This document shows positions 1 through 9,611 of a DNA stretch of 64,000 nucleotides, piece after piece. Where the stretch lies: contig CAYZEJ010000001.1 in assembly GCA_964477545.1 (NCBI GenBank), forward strand, positions 11-64,010, in the 5' to 3' direction. A program made the translations under genes and the position numbers. The number at the start of each line of letters is the position of its first letter. Positions within the stretch are counted from its first letter, which is position 1. This DNA comes from an uncultured Anaerolineaceae bacterium (GTDB taxonomy: Bacteria > Chloroflexota > Limnocylindria > Limnocylindrales > CSP1-4). The notes beneath the pieces were generated by a model that had not been told where the DNA came from, ran no database searches, and worked only from the letters and a program-made list of their open reading frames with translations.

Positions 1-1
1 C

Positions 2-55
2 GTCAAGCGCAAGCGCAAGGAAGCGAAGCGCAAGAAGGCCGCTCGGTCCGAGTGA
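2..55 (+). CDS. 3' end of a very basic protein (VKRKRKEAKRKKAARSE*), probably the C-terminus of ribosomal protein S21 (5' partial)
   Basis: Frame-2 translation gives a Lys/Arg-rich tail ending at TGA 53-55. A GatB/YqeY gene immediately downstream fits the conserved rpsU-yqeY linkage. Confidence 0.35.
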   Translation, partial: VKRKRKEAKRKKAARSE

Positions 56-59
56 CCGT

Positions 60-75
60 GCGGGCACGTGCCCGC
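60..75. terminator. Perfect 16-nt palindrome GCGGGCACGTGCCCGC between the upstream partial CDS and yqeY; possible terminator or attenuator hairpin
   Basis: Exact palindrome (6-bp GC stem, ACGT loop) located 5 nt after the stop at 53-55. No U-tract, as expected in a high-GC genome. Confidence 0.3.
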
Positions 76-601
76 CGACGACTCGGAACACGACCGCGGC
101 GCTGAAGCCCAAGGAACGCCGACGGTGACCCTCTCAAGCAGGCTCCAGGAAGATATGACGAACGCCATCCGGGCGCGCGACGAGCTTCGTCGCGACACCC
201 TGCGGATGGTGATTGCCGCTGCCTACAACGTCCAGAAAGCGGCCGGCCGTGAACTGACCGACGACGAGGTGTTGCAGGTGCTTGCGCGCGAGGTGAAGAC
301 GCGCCGCGAGTCTATCGAGGCATATTCCGCCGCCGGCCGGGACGAGGCGGCAGCGCGCGAGCAGGCCGAGATCGACATCGTCTCGGCGTACCTGCCCGCG
401 CAATTGAGCGAGGCCGAGGTCGAGGGGATCGTCAAGAAAACGATCGACGAGATTGGCGCGTCATCGCCACGCGACATGGGCAAGGTCATGGCCGCGCTCG
501 TCCCCAGGACCAGGGGCCGGGCGGATGGCAAGCAGGTCAGCGCCGCGGTTGCGCGTGAGCTTGCAGCCCGTGACCTCGCCGGCCACGATCAAGGCCATTA
601 G
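68..601 (+). CDS. GatB/YqeY domain protein
   Basis: Conserved YqeY-like N-terminus (LSSRLQEDMTNAIRARDELRRDTLRMV). Start uncertain: GTG at 125 or ATG at 155 fit the family length better than 68. Confidence 0.8.
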   Translation: MPADDSEHDRGAEAQGTPTVTLSSRLQEDMTNAIRARDELRRDTLRMVIAAAYNVQKAAGRELTDDEVLQVLAREVKTRRESIEAYSAAGRDEAAAREQAEIDIVSAYLPAQLSEAEVEGIVKKTIDEIGASSPRDMGKVMAALVPRTRGRADGKQVSAAVARELAARDLAGHDQGH

Positions 602-628
602 GCGCCGAGCCAGGAGCCCAGGACACCG

Positions 629-2782
629 ATGCTCGCCAGATCCGCCGCAGTTCGCCGCTTCGCGCGCACGGATGCCGTACGGCTCGTCGTCGCCGCCTTC
701 CTTTTCACCTTGGCGCTGGGCGGAGTGCTCGCAATCGACGCCCTGCCCGGTCCGCTTGCCAGCCCCGGCGCAATCGTCAATGACGTGGCTACCGCGGATA
801 TCCGGGCGCCGCGCGCGATCAAGTACGAGAGCACTGAGGAGACGCGGGTGCGTCGGGACGCCGCGCGGGCACAGGTCCAGCCTCAGTATGACTACTCGGC
901 GGATCGTGGCCAACTAATCGCCGGCCAGCAGTTGGCCGAGCTCGAGCGAGTCCATGCACCGGTCGACGCCGTGTACGCCGCGGTTCTGACGCCAGAGGCG
1001 CGCGAGGCTGCATTGCGCGCGGCGATGCCGGGTTTGAGCGCAACCGCCCAGGAAACCCTGAGCCAACTCGATGGCAGCCAGTGGGCCGCGCTCCGTGCGG
1101 AACTCGTACGAGTGCTCGACGCGACGGAACGCGGCGAAGTCAGGGACACGCTTTTGACCGACGTCCGCGCTGAGCTCGGCGACGAGATGAGCATCCGTTT
1201 CTCTGTCGACCAGCGCGCGCTCGCCCAGGAGATCCTGGCTCCGCTGGTGATTCCGAACTCGACATTCGATGCCGCCGCCACGGAGCGTGCCCGGGCAGAG
1301 GCCGCAAACCTCATCGCGCCGGTGAGCATCTCGATCGCCCGCGGCGAGATCATCGTCCAGCGCGACCAGCGCATTGACGACCTGGCCCGCGAGAAGCTCT
1401 CCCTCTTCGGCCTGCTTGATCCGCGCCCCGATCCGCTCCGTGCCGCCGGATGGCTGATGCTGGCCGGCCTTGTGGTCGTGCTCCTGCTCGCATGGGTGTG
1501 GCGCTTCCGATCGCAGATCTGGCACCGCAGCAGCGCCCTGCTGTTGATCGCGCTGGTGTTGCTTGGCGCGTCTATCGCACTGAAGGTGACCGGAGATCGG
1601 TCGGTCCTTCCATACGTCGTGCCCACCGCGGCTGTCGGCCTTCTCCTGGCCGTCCTGCTCGATGCCGGGGCCGCCCTGATGGTCATGGGCGTACTGGCGC
1701 TGCTCGGCGGCGCGATCATCGGCAGCGTCGAGTTCGCGACCTACGTGCTTTTCGGGGGAGTCGCCGGAATCATCGTCGTGCGCCGCGGCGAGAAGCTCAG
1801 CCACTTCGTCCAGGCAGCGGCGGCGGTCGCCGTCGTCCAGATCGCCGTCGTGACGATGTTCACGCTGCTCGGCGACCGCGACTTCACGGGCTTCTTCGAG
1901 CTTGCCGGGGCAGCCATAGCATCCGCCGCTGGCTCAGCCGTCGCGGCGCTGGGATCGTTCGTGATCCTGGGCAACGCATTCGGCATCACGACGTCATTCC
2001 GACTGCTGGAACTGGCCAACCCGTCCCAGCCGCTGCTGCGCAGGTTGCTGCTCGAGACGCCGGGCACGTACCACCATTCACTGATGGTCGGCAACCTCGC
2101 CGAGCGTGCGGCGGAGGCAATCGGCGCCGACCCGCTGCTGGTCCGCGTCGCCGCCTACCACCACGACGTCGGCAAGCTGGACAACCCGCAGGCCTTCATC
2201 GAGAACCAGGCCGCCAACGACAACGTCCACGACGAGCTGGAGCCGGAGCAGTCCGTCGCCCTGCTCAAGGCTCACGTCGCCAATGGCATCGACCTCGCCT
2301 ACAAGTACAAGCTGCCCAAGCCGCTGATCGCCTTCATCCCGCAGCACCACGGCACGGCGCTGATGAGCTACTTCTACGCGCGCGCCCAGGAGCAGGCCAT
2401 CGCCGACGCCGGTGCGCTGCCCGGAACGCCACTGGCGCAGGAGGCGGCCGCCAGCGTGGATGCGGGGCGCTTCCGACACGCCGGCCCCAAGCCGCAGTCG
2501 AAGGAGGCGGCCATCCTGATGCTCGCCGACAGCGTCGAGGCGTCCGTTCGATCGCTGGGCACGCCAGATGAGCCGGCCATCCGGGCGATGGTCTCGCGCA
2601 TCATCCGCGAGCGGCTCGAAGACGGGCAGTTCGACGAGTGCGACCTGACGTTGCGCGACCTCGACCGGATCCGCGAGGCCTTCGTCGCCCAGTTGCTGGG
2701 CATGTACCACCGCCGGATCGAGTACCCGCAGAACAAGATCGTAGAGATCGAGTCTCGCCGCGCGGCCGGTGGCTCGGCCTAA
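629..2782 (+). CDS. 7TM receptor with intracellular HD hydrolase domain (7TMR-HD, PgpH-like)
   Basis: Multiple TM helices followed by an HD domain (HHSLMVGNLAERAAEAIGAD...HHDVGK). Conserved position upstream of ybeY. Confidence 0.85.
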   Translation: MLARSAAVRRFARTDAVRLVVAAFLFTLALGGVLAIDALPGPLASPGAIVNDVATADIRAPRAIKYESTEETRVRRDAARAQVQPQYDYSADRGQLIAGQQLAELERVHAPVDAVYAAVLTPEAREAALRAAMPGLSATAQETLSQLDGSQWAALRAELVRVLDATERGEVRDTLLTDVRAELGDEMSIRFSVDQRALAQEILAPLVIPNSTFDAAATERARAEAANLIAPVSISIARGEIIVQRDQRIDDLAREKLSLFGLLDPRPDPLRAAGWLMLAGLVVVLLLAWVWRFRSQIWHRSSALLLIALVLLGASIALKVTGDRSVLPYVVPTAAVGLLLAVLLDAGAALMVMGVLALLGGAIIGSVEFATYVLFGGVAGIIVVRRGEKLSHFVQAAAAVAVVQIAVVTMFTLLGDRDFTGFFELAGAAIASAAGSAVAALGSFVILGNAFGITTSFRLLELANPSQPLLRRLLLETPGTYHHSLMVGNLAERAAEAIGADPLLVRVAAYHHDVGKLDNPQAFIENQAANDNVHDELEPEQSVALLKAHVANGIDLAYKYKLPKPLIAFIPQHHGTALMSYFYARAQEQAIADAGALPGTPLAQEAAASVDAGRFRHAGPKPQSKEAAILMLADSVEASVRSLGTPDEPAIRAMVSRIIRERLEDGQFDECDLTLRDLDRIREAFVAQLLGMYHRRIEYPQNKIVEIESRRAAGGSA

Positions 2783-3317
2783 GCCCCCCGCTGCAACCGT
2801 CCGCGCCGTATACCTCCGGCCGTGGCGGATCGACATCTCCGCGAGGCCGGGGGTGAAGGCGCCGGTTTCCATGCGCGTCCTGGCCGCGACTGCGGCGAAA
2901 GCCATGACGGCGGCAGGCGCTCCCTCGCCGGCGAGCGTCGCGCTGATCCTTTCCGACGACCGTGAGCTGGCCGAGCTCAACGCGGAGCACATGGGCGAAT
3001 ATGGGCCGACCGATGTGCTCTCTTTCCCCCTGCTTCCGCCGTCCGCCTTCCCGAACCACCCGGGCAAGACGTCCGAGCCATCTGCTGCTCGCCCGATCGA
3101 GCCCGCGTACCAGGCGCCTCATCGGCAGCGCACGCACCTGGGCGACATCGTGATCTCGGTCGAGCGCGCCATCGCGCAGGCGGCCGAGACGCCGGCTGAC
3201 GAGATGCGTCAACTAGTCGTCCACGGTGTCCTGCATATCTGCGGCTGGGACCACGCCCACCCCGAGGAGAACGAACACATGGGGGCGCTCGAGAAGGAAG
3301 TGTTGAGCCACCGATGA
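2769..3317 (+). CDS. ybeY: rRNA maturation endoribonuclease YbeY
   Basis: HGVLHICGWDHAHPEE zinc-binding motif. Follows the 7TMR-HD gene as in the conserved phoH-pgpH-ybeY neighbourhood. Confidence 0.85.
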   Translation: MARPKPPAATVRAVYLRPWRIDISARPGVKAPVSMRVLAATAAKAMTAAGAPSPASVALILSDDRELAELNAEHMGEYGPTDVLSFPLLPPSAFPNHPGKTSEPSAARPIEPAYQAPHRQRTHLGDIVISVERAIAQAAETPADEMRQLVVHGVLHICGWDHAHPEENEHMGALEKEVLSHR

Positions 3318-3901
3318 CGGACGAACATGGCGAACACGAGCACGTCCACACCTTCGACTGGCAGGCCGAGCTGGAGGGCATGCGCGATGGCGCCAAGCAT
3401 TTCTACGAGCACGAGTTCGACTGGAAAGGCCACGGCCCGCCGCCGGGTTTCGACGGCCCGCGCTACTACGCTGCATCCGCCGATTGGCGGCTCCTCGCCC
3501 GACTGGATCGAACGGCGCCTGGCGCCGGTGACCACGTAACCCTGGCGACCTCGACAGGCCAGGTGCGCGAGATGGTGGTTGCGGGCCAGCTCGTGTTCCT
3601 GTTCGAGGCGAGCGAATATCGGCTCACCGGCTTCCTGACACACGACGCGGAGGGCTACGAGGTCATATTCCTGCCGTTCCGCGACGGAACGTCAGGCAAG
3701 GAAACATACGGCGCCGGTCGCTACGTGGAGGTCCCCTACGACTCGGGCGAGCAGGAATTCGAGCTCGACTTCAACCTGGCCTACAACCCGTCGTGTGCGT
3801 TCAGCCCCGCGTACGACTGCCCATTTCCGCCGCCCGGCAATCGGCTGTCGATCGATGTTCGTGCGGGTGAGAAACTGCCGTCCGGCAAGGCGACCAGCTG
3901 A
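3314..3901 (+). CDS. DUF1684 domain protein
   Basis: Conserved NPSCAFSPAYDCPFPPPGNRLSIDVRAGEK block typical of DUF1684. ATGA overlap with ybeY. Confidence 0.75.
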   Translation: MTDEHGEHEHVHTFDWQAELEGMRDGAKHFYEHEFDWKGHGPPPGFDGPRYYAASADWRLLARLDRTAPGAGDHVTLATSTGQVREMVVAGQLVFLFEASEYRLTGFLTHDAEGYEVIFLPFRDGTSGKETYGAGRYVEVPYDSGEQEFELDFNLAYNPSCAFSPAYDCPFPPPGNRLSIDVRAGEKLPSGKATS

Positions 3902-4039
3902 GCGTTTCCTCCGCAGTCGGCCTGCGGCCGCTGCTGCGCGCGAAGCGGTCAGCTCCCGGCTGGCGCCGGGGTCTGACCGTCGCTTGCTAGAGATTGCCGG
4001 TGAAGTAGGCCAGGCCACTGGTCACCCAGATGGCAACGA

Positions 4040-4070
4040 AACAGACGGCCACGAAACAGACGGCCACGAT
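4040..4070. repeat. Tandem direct repeat, 15-nt unit x2 (CGAAACAGACGGCCA-like)
   Basis: Seen directly in the 294-nt intergenic region upstream of the TA module. Confidence 0.5.
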
Positions 4071-4145
4071 GCGGCCGATCCACGGCGCGGGGGAGGTCTT
4101 AGCAGGAGTCGTCGCTTCCGTTCAAACCTCCTCGGCCCGAATCGT

Positions 4146-4195
4146 AATAGGTGATGTAAAGTGGTCACCAAAGTAGTCACGGAGGTGAGCGGCGA
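4146..4195 (+). promoter_or_regulatory. Putative TA promoter/operator: TAATAG box, palindrome GTGGTCAC plus repeated GTCAC half-site, RBS GGAGG
   Basis: AT-richer stretch with GTGGTCAC (4161-4168) and GTCAC (4176-4180). GGAGG at 4181-4185, then 10 nt to ATG at 4196. Confidence 0.4.
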
Positions 4196-4432
4196 ATGGC
4201 GGAAATCGGCATCAAACAGCTGAAAGCCGAGGCGTCCGAGGTTGTCGGGCGCGTCCAGGACGGGACTGCCTACGTGGTCACGAAGCGCGGCCGGCCCGCC
4301 GCGGTCATCCTTCCGATCGAGGATGCCGAGGACATCGTTCTCGCGAGTGCAAACGAATACATCCGTATGCGTCGCGAAGGTCGCGCGGCGTACAAGAATC
4401 GGCTGACGACGAGTCTCGAAGACGTCAAATAG
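4196..4432 (+). CDS. Phd/YefM-family antitoxin
   Basis: 78 aa, YefM-like sequence (AYVVTKRGRPAAVILPIEDAEDIV). Immediately upstream of a RelE/ParE toxin. Confidence 0.8.
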   Translation: MAEIGIKQLKAEASEVVGRVQDGTAYVVTKRGRPAAVILPIEDAEDIVLASANEYIRMRREGRAAYKNRLTTSLEDVK

Positions 4433-4433
4433 G

Positions 4434-4724
4434 CCCTACCGCGTCGAGCTCGCGCCTCGCGCTCTCAAGGCCTACGAGACTCTCACCGGCGATGAGAGGG
4501 CGCGCATACGAGCCGCACTCGTGAAGCTCGCCGCTCAGGTCGTTACCCCGGCTGGCCGAGGAGCCAAGTCCGTGAAGAGCATTCGCGGCGCGCGCGACGA
4601 TTTCTGGCGTCTTCGGGTCGGCGATTACCGAGTGATGTACGACGTGATCCGCGAAGACGAAGTGATCCTTGTCCTAGGCATCATCAACAGGCGAGATCTC
4701 GAGGCCTGGCTCCGCCACCGCTGA
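4434..4724 (+). CDS. RelE/ParE-family toxin (no canonical start codon at the homologous N-terminus)
   Basis: Frame beginning right after the antitoxin stop translates to PYRVELAPRALKAYETL...LRVGDYRVMYDVIREDEVILVLGIINRRD (RelE/ParE fold). The first in-frame start codon is GTG at 4521, which would remove about 29 N-terminal residues. Confidence 0.65.
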   Translation, partial: PYRVELAPRALKAYETLTGDERARIRAALVKLAAQVVTPAGRGAKSVKSIRGARDDFWRLRVGDYRVMYDVIREDEVILVLGIINRRDLEAWLRHR

Positions 4725-4816
4725 CAGGCACTCAAATGGAGCCGACATCACCGACGGACCAGATCTCGCCTGTGCGGCAATCGATCTGCGCACGACCGCT
4801 ACGATCTCATCCTAGT

Positions 4817-4838
4817 GGCCGGTCGACCGTGACCGGCC
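4817..4838. terminator. GC-rich hairpin GGCCGGTC-gaccgt-GACCGGCC after the TA module
   Basis: 8-bp perfect stem with a 6-nt loop, between the toxin stop and the pth start. Confidence 0.3.
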
Positions 4839-4865
4839 CGTCAGCATGCCTGCCGATCCGTAGTC

Positions 4866-5579
4866 GTGGGTGAGATGAAGATCGTTGTCGGCCTCGGAAA
4901 CCCGGGTCGCCAGTACGAGGAAACGCGCCACAACGTGGGCTGGATGGTGCTCGACCGGTTGGTCGAGCGCGCCGGCTGGACCGGCCATGCCCGCGCGCGC
5001 GATGCGGCGGCAACCGTCTACGGGCGGTACAAGGGCCTGGACCTGATGCTCGTCAAGCCCACGACGTACATGAACCTCTCGGGCGTGGCCGTGCGCAAGG
5101 TGCTCGCGCGCCAACGCGCGCCGCTCGAGGACCTGCTCGTCGTCGTCGACGACTTCGACCTGCCGCTGGGCAAGTTACGGCTGCGCGAGAAGGGCAGCGC
5201 CGGAACCCACAACGGCCTCCGCTCGATCATCGCCGAGCTGGGCAACCAGGACTTCGCCCGCCTTCGCGTGGGCATCGGCCAGCCGTCGCGCGAGGCGATC
5301 GACCACGTACTCACGCGCTTCACCAAGAGCGAGCAGCGCGTCCTCGACGTGGTCATTAACGCCGCTGCCGATGCGGTCGAGGACTGGGCTCGCCTTGGCA
5401 CGTACCGCGCCGCCAACAAGTGGAACGCATGGGCGGCAAGCGAGGCGGACGGCACGCCGACGTCCGGCCCACAGCCCACGGCCGACGAGGGCAGAACAGT
5501 CGATCCGTCCGATCCGACCATCGTCAGGACGACCACGGGTTGGCGCCGGCTCCTGCCGCGGCGCGGGAGCGAGCGCTAA
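4866..5579 (+). CDS. pth: Peptidyl-tRNA hydrolase with a ~45-aa Pro/Thr/Gly-rich C-terminal extension
   Basis: MKIVVGLGNPG...HNG canonical Pth motifs. Likely true start is ATG at 4875. Confidence 0.9.
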   Translation: MGEMKIVVGLGNPGRQYEETRHNVGWMVLDRLVERAGWTGHARARDAAATVYGRYKGLDLMLVKPTTYMNLSGVAVRKVLARQRAPLEDLLVVVDDFDLPLGKLRLREKGSAGTHNGLRSIIAELGNQDFARLRVGIGQPSREAIDHVLTRFTKSEQRVLDVVINAAADAVEDWARLGTYRAANKWNAWAASEADGTPTSGPQPTADEGRTVDPSDPTIVRTTTGWRRLLPRRGSER

Positions 5580-5582
5580 CCG

Positions 5583-8500
5583 ATGCCCGAATCAACTGTC
5601 CGCATCCGCGGCCGAAGCACGCGCGACAGGCGCATCGCGGCCGAACTCGAGCAGCTCCACCAGACCGCGACGGCGTCGCCGTCGGGCCGTTCGCGCCTGC
5701 CCGATCTCTCGGCGCTGCCGCGCCTGCTGGCCGAGTCGGCCGAGATCCAGGCCCTCGCGGACAGGTACCGCATGGTCAAGGAGGGCCGAGTCGGCCAGAA
5801 CCTGCGCCACGTCACCTACGCAGCCATGCCCCATGGCGCGAAGTCATTCCTCGCCGCGGCCCTCGTCCTGGCCACAGGCGAGCGCCTCATTTGGATCGCG
5901 CGTGACGCGGAGATCGCTGATCGCGTGGCAGAGGAGCTCGCGGCGTGGCTCGGCGGCCCGGAGATCGTGGTGACGCTGGAGCCGCGCACCTCGCTTGCGT
6001 ACGAGCGTTCCGAGCTCATCCGCGATGAGAGCGCGGCGAGGGTTGCGGCTCTGGCCAACTGGCGTTCGGGTGGACCGAGGGTCCTGGTGGCCAGCGTGCA
6101 GGCTCTCTTCCAGCACACGCTCGCTCCGGCAGATATCCCGGCAAAGCCCGTGGCTCTCAATCCCGGACAGCGCATGTCCCAGGAGCGGGTGCTACGCGAG
6201 TTGATCGACCTCGGCTACGAGGCCCTGCCCGAGGTGGCCGGCCGTGGCGAGTTCGCGCGACGCGGCGGCATCGTGGACGTGTTTCCGGCCGGCCAGCCGC
6301 TGCCGGTGCGGATCGAGTGGTTCGGTGACACGATCGAGTCGCTCCGCGCCTTCGACCCGGCCACCCAGCGTGGAGTCCGGCCCGTCGACGAGATCAGCCT
6401 GCTGCCGGCCAGCGAGTTTCTCCTCGGCGGCGGCGGCGGTGCCGACGCAGGCGCAGACAAGCTCCGCCAGGCTCTCGGCACGCAGGTCAATCGGCTGCCA
6501 GCGGATCTGTCGGCCGACCTGGTGCGCCTCGAGCAGGGCCAGCTGGTCGACGCTGCCGAGATCTGGGCCGGCCACCTTGCGCCGGCGACCGGTCTCGACC
6601 ACGTCGCCGACGAGATCTGGTTGCTCGACGAACCAGGTGACGTGGAGGCCTCGGCCGATTTCCTGTGGACGCAGGCCGACGAGCGTCGGGCTGAGCTCGA
6701 GCGCGCCGGCACGCTGCCCAAGAGCTGGCCGACCGCCTACGTGCAGCGTCGCGACTGGAAGGCGCGTCTGTCCGCAGCCCGGACGCTCGAGCTGACCTGG
6801 GAGAGCGAAGCGCCCGAGGCGCCTCCCGGTGGCAATCCCTTCGGCTGGCACGAGCCGGTGCTGCCGCCGGCGCCGATCGGCGATCTGGCCCAAACCGTCA
6901 AGCGGTGGCGCCGGGAGAACCTGCGCGTCGTGCTCGCCTCGGACCAGTCAGCGCGCCTGTCGGAGATCCTAGGCGAGGCGGACATCATCGCCGCGCCCAC
7001 CGCGACTATCACCGAGGCACCGCCGCCGGGAGGCCTGGCCCTGATCGAGCGCAGCCTCAACTCGGGCTTCGCCGGTGGACCGGAGAACCTCGTCGTGGTG
7101 ACGGACCGGGAGCTCTTCGGGACCGTCCGCGTCCGTCGTCCGCGTGTGCTGCGCCGCGTCGTGCCCAAGGACCTCCTCGAACGTCTCCAGCCGGGCGATC
7201 TCGTCGTCCACATCGACCATGGCATCTCGCGCTACGGCGGCATGGCCCGCCGCAACGCGGGCGGCGACGGCACCGAGGAGCGCGACTTCCTCGAACTCCA
7301 GTTCGCCGAGGGCGGTCGGATCTGGGTGCCCGTCGAGCAGATCGAGCGCGTCTCGCGCTATGCCGGCGGAGAGAGCCCGCACCTGTCGCGGCTCGGCGGC
7401 GGCGAGTGGCAGCGGACCAAGACGCGTGTCCGCAAGGCGGTCACGGACCTGGCCAAGGACCTGCTCGACCTGTACACGTCGCGCGAGCGGGCGCAGGGGC
7501 GCCCGATCGGCCCCGATTCGCCCTGGCAGCAGGAGATGGAGGCGGCCTTTCCGTACGAGGAGACGCCCGACCAACTGCGCGCGACCGCCGAGGTCAAGGC
7601 CGACCTGGAGCGCGGGCGGCCGATGGACCGGCTGGTGGTCGGCGACGTTGGGTACGGCAAGACCGAAGTCGCGCTGCGGGCCGCGTTCAAGGCCATCGCC
7701 GACGGGATGCAGGTCGCGGTGCTTGTCCCGACGACGGTTCTCGCGGCCCAGCACCTGGAGACCTTCAGGCAGCGCTTCGCGGCGTATCCGTTCACGGTGC
7801 GCATGCTCAGCCGCTTCGTGCCGGTCGAGCAGCAGCACGAGATCGTCGCAGGGCTGGCCGCCGGATCGGTGGACCTCATCATCGGGACCCACCGGCTACT
7901 TTCCAGGGACATCGCGTTCCGCAACCTCGGACTCGTAGTGGTCGACGAGGAGCAGCGCTTCGGAGTGGCCCACAAGGAGCGCCTGAAGCAGATGCGCACC
8001 GAGGTGCACGTGTTGACGCTGTCTGCGACGCCGATCCCGCGGACTCTCAACCTCGCGCTCGCCGGTGTGCGCGACATGAGCGTCATCGAGACGCCTCCTG
8101 AGGATCGGCTGCCGATCCAGACGCGGGTCGCCGAGGCGTCTGCAGGCCTGGTCCGAGACGCCATCTTGCGCGAGCTCGATCGGGGAGGGCAGGCGTTCTT
8201 CGTCCATAATCGCGTGGAGACGATCGAGGCCCAGGCTGAGCAACTGCGCCAACTGCTACCCGCGGCACGGATCGTCGCCGCCCACGGCCAGATGGCCGAG
8301 GGGGCACTGGAGCGGGTGATGGTCGCCTTCGCGCGCGGCGAGTACGACGTCCTCGTGTGCACGACGATCATCGAGTCCGGGCTCGACATCCCCAATGCGA
8401 ACACGATCGTCATCGACCGCGCCGATGCGCTCGGCCTGGCGCAGCTCTACCAACTGCGAGGTCGCGTGGGCCGATCCTCGCGCCGCGCGTATGCCTACCT

Positions 8501-9233
8501 CCTGTATCGCCGCCGCGGCCAGCTTTCGGAAATTGCGCGCAAGCGGCTCCAGGCGATCTTCAACGCGTCCGAGCTCGGCGCCGGTTTCCAGATCGCGCTG
8601 TCCGACCTCGAGATCCGCGGCGCGGGCAACATCCTCGGCGCCGAACAGCACGGCCACCTGACGGCCGTCGGATTCGACCTCTATACGCGCCTGCTGGCGG
8701 AGGCCGTCGAGGAGCAGAAGGCCGTCAGGGAGGACCGCGAACCGATCAGGCCGCGCGCACAGACCGTGATCGATCTGCCGATCGACGCCTATCTGCCCGA
8801 TGACTACGTGGCCGAGGAGCCACAGAAGCTCGAGCTCTACCGGCGCCTGGGGCGCACGGCGGTCGATTCGGAGGTAGAGACGATTCGGGCCGAGCTGGTC
8901 GACCGCTTCGGCGCGCTACCGGCGCCAGTTGAGAGGCTGCTCGAAGTCGCGCGGCTGCGCATCTATGCCGAGGCAGCGGGGATTGCCTCACTGGCGAGGG
9001 AGGGACACGAGCTGATCGTTCGGTTCCAGGCCGATTGGTCGCGCTCGGCGGCGATGCGTGCGCTGGCCCCCACCGGACCGGCCGACCGGCTGCCCGGCGT
9101 TCCGGCCGGTGGCCTGACCTACGGGTCGAACCAGGTCAGGGTCAGGTTGGCGCGAGATGCCGCCTCGGCCTGGCAGACGACCCGCGCCGTCGTCGAGCGC
9201 CTCGCGACCAGAATGGAGCGCCGCGCCGCCTAG
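5583..9233 (+). CDS. mfd: Transcription-repair coupling factor Mfd
   Basis: 1216 aa. UvrB-homology N-terminal region, DEAD/DEAH helicase motifs (GDVGYGKTEVALRAAF, VVDEEQRFGV) and TRCF C-terminal domain. Conserved pth-mfd linkage. Confidence 0.9.
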   Translation: MPESTVRIRGRSTRDRRIAAELEQLHQTATASPSGRSRLPDLSALPRLLAESAEIQALADRYRMVKEGRVGQNLRHVTYAAMPHGAKSFLAAALVLATGERLIWIARDAEIADRVAEELAAWLGGPEIVVTLEPRTSLAYERSELIRDESAARVAALANWRSGGPRVLVASVQALFQHTLAPADIPAKPVALNPGQRMSQERVLRELIDLGYEALPEVAGRGEFARRGGIVDVFPAGQPLPVRIEWFGDTIESLRAFDPATQRGVRPVDEISLLPASEFLLGGGGGADAGADKLRQALGTQVNRLPADLSADLVRLEQGQLVDAAEIWAGHLAPATGLDHVADEIWLLDEPGDVEASADFLWTQADERRAELERAGTLPKSWPTAYVQRRDWKARLSAARTLELTWESEAPEAPPGGNPFGWHEPVLPPAPIGDLAQTVKRWRRENLRVVLASDQSARLSEILGEADIIAAPTATITEAPPPGGLALIERSLNSGFAGGPENLVVVTDRELFGTVRVRRPRVLRRVVPKDLLERLQPGDLVVHIDHGISRYGGMARRNAGGDGTEERDFLELQFAEGGRIWVPVEQIERVSRYAGGESPHLSRLGGGEWQRTKTRVRKAVTDLAKDLLDLYTSRERAQGRPIGPDSPWQQEMEAAFPYEETPDQLRATAEVKADLERGRPMDRLVVGDVGYGKTEVALRAAFKAIADGMQVAVLVPTTVLAAQHLETFRQRFAAYPFTVRMLSRFVPVEQQHEIVAGLAAGSVDLIIGTHRLLSRDIAFRNLGLVVVDEEQRFGVAHKERLKQMRTEVHVLTLSATPIPRTLNLALAGVRDMSVIETPPEDRLPIQTRVAEASAGLVRDAILRELDRGGQAFFVHNRVETIEAQAEQLRQLLPAARIVAAHGQMAEGALERVMVAFARGEYDVLVCTTIIESGLDIPNANTIVIDRADALGLAQLYQLRGRVGRSSRRAYAYLLYRRRGQLSEIARKRLQAIFNASELGAGFQIALSDLEIRGAGNILGAEQHGHLTAVGFDLYTRLLAEAVEEQKAVREDREPIRPRAQTVIDLPIDAYLPDDYVAEEPQKLELYRRLGRTAVDSEVETIRAELVDRFGALPAPVERLLEVARLRIYAEAAGIASLAREGHELIVRFQADWSRSAAMRALAPTGPADRLPGVPAGGLTYGSNQVRVRLARDAASAWQTTRAVVERLATRMERRAA

Positions 9234-9329
9234 ATACCGGCGAGCCGTCCTTGTTCGGAAAGTAGATCCGAGCGCAGACACGTTCGGAGACGGTGGCCGA
9301 CGGACCTGGGCTGCGCCAGTGGCCTCGAC

Positions 9330-9611
9330 CTAGGACGACGCCACGTCACGGCCATCGCTTGTACGCCAGAAGACGAGCCGCCGCTCGATCCGCTCGATCA
9401 GCGCGAAGAGGAGCAAGCCGATCAGTCCGAGGTACATGAAGGCGAAGACACGGTCGATACGCAGCTGCTGGGACGCGATGCGCACCAGCTCGCCGACGCC
9501 GCCACCTCCCCCAAGATACTCGCCGACGACAGCGCCGACGACGCTGAAGACGGCGGCCGTCTTCAGGCCCGCGAAGATGTAGGGCAGGGCCGACGGCAAC
9601 TTCAGCTTCAC
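9330..9611 (-). pseudogene. C-terminal ~90-aa remnant of an SsuC/TauC-type ABC permease (truncated gene)
   Basis: Matches only the last two TM segments and EAA-downstream region of binding-protein-dependent permeases (PYIFAGLK...GAVVGEY). No upstream coding continuation. Resembles the intact permeases at 55338-57052. Confidence 0.55.

Noticed and set aside
914-1804. Long antisense ORFs overlapping real genes on the opposite strand or in other frames (e.g. 914-1804 -, 2078-3067 -, 6192-6893 -, 7358-8413 -, 16813-18000 -, 49438-50862 -, 57093-58037 -)
   Set aside because: Typical stop-codon-poor shadow ORFs of a high-GC genome. Their translations are Arg/Ala/Pro-rich with no family resemblance, and each overlaps a well-supported gene.
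4040-4070. Possible CRISPR-like or satellite repeat
   Set aside because: Only two copies of a 15-nt unit with no spacers. Not a CRISPR array.
3795-4154. 119-aa ORF covering the tandem repeat region
   Set aside because: Low-complexity translation, no RBS, and it lies in the TA promoter region. Judged spurious.
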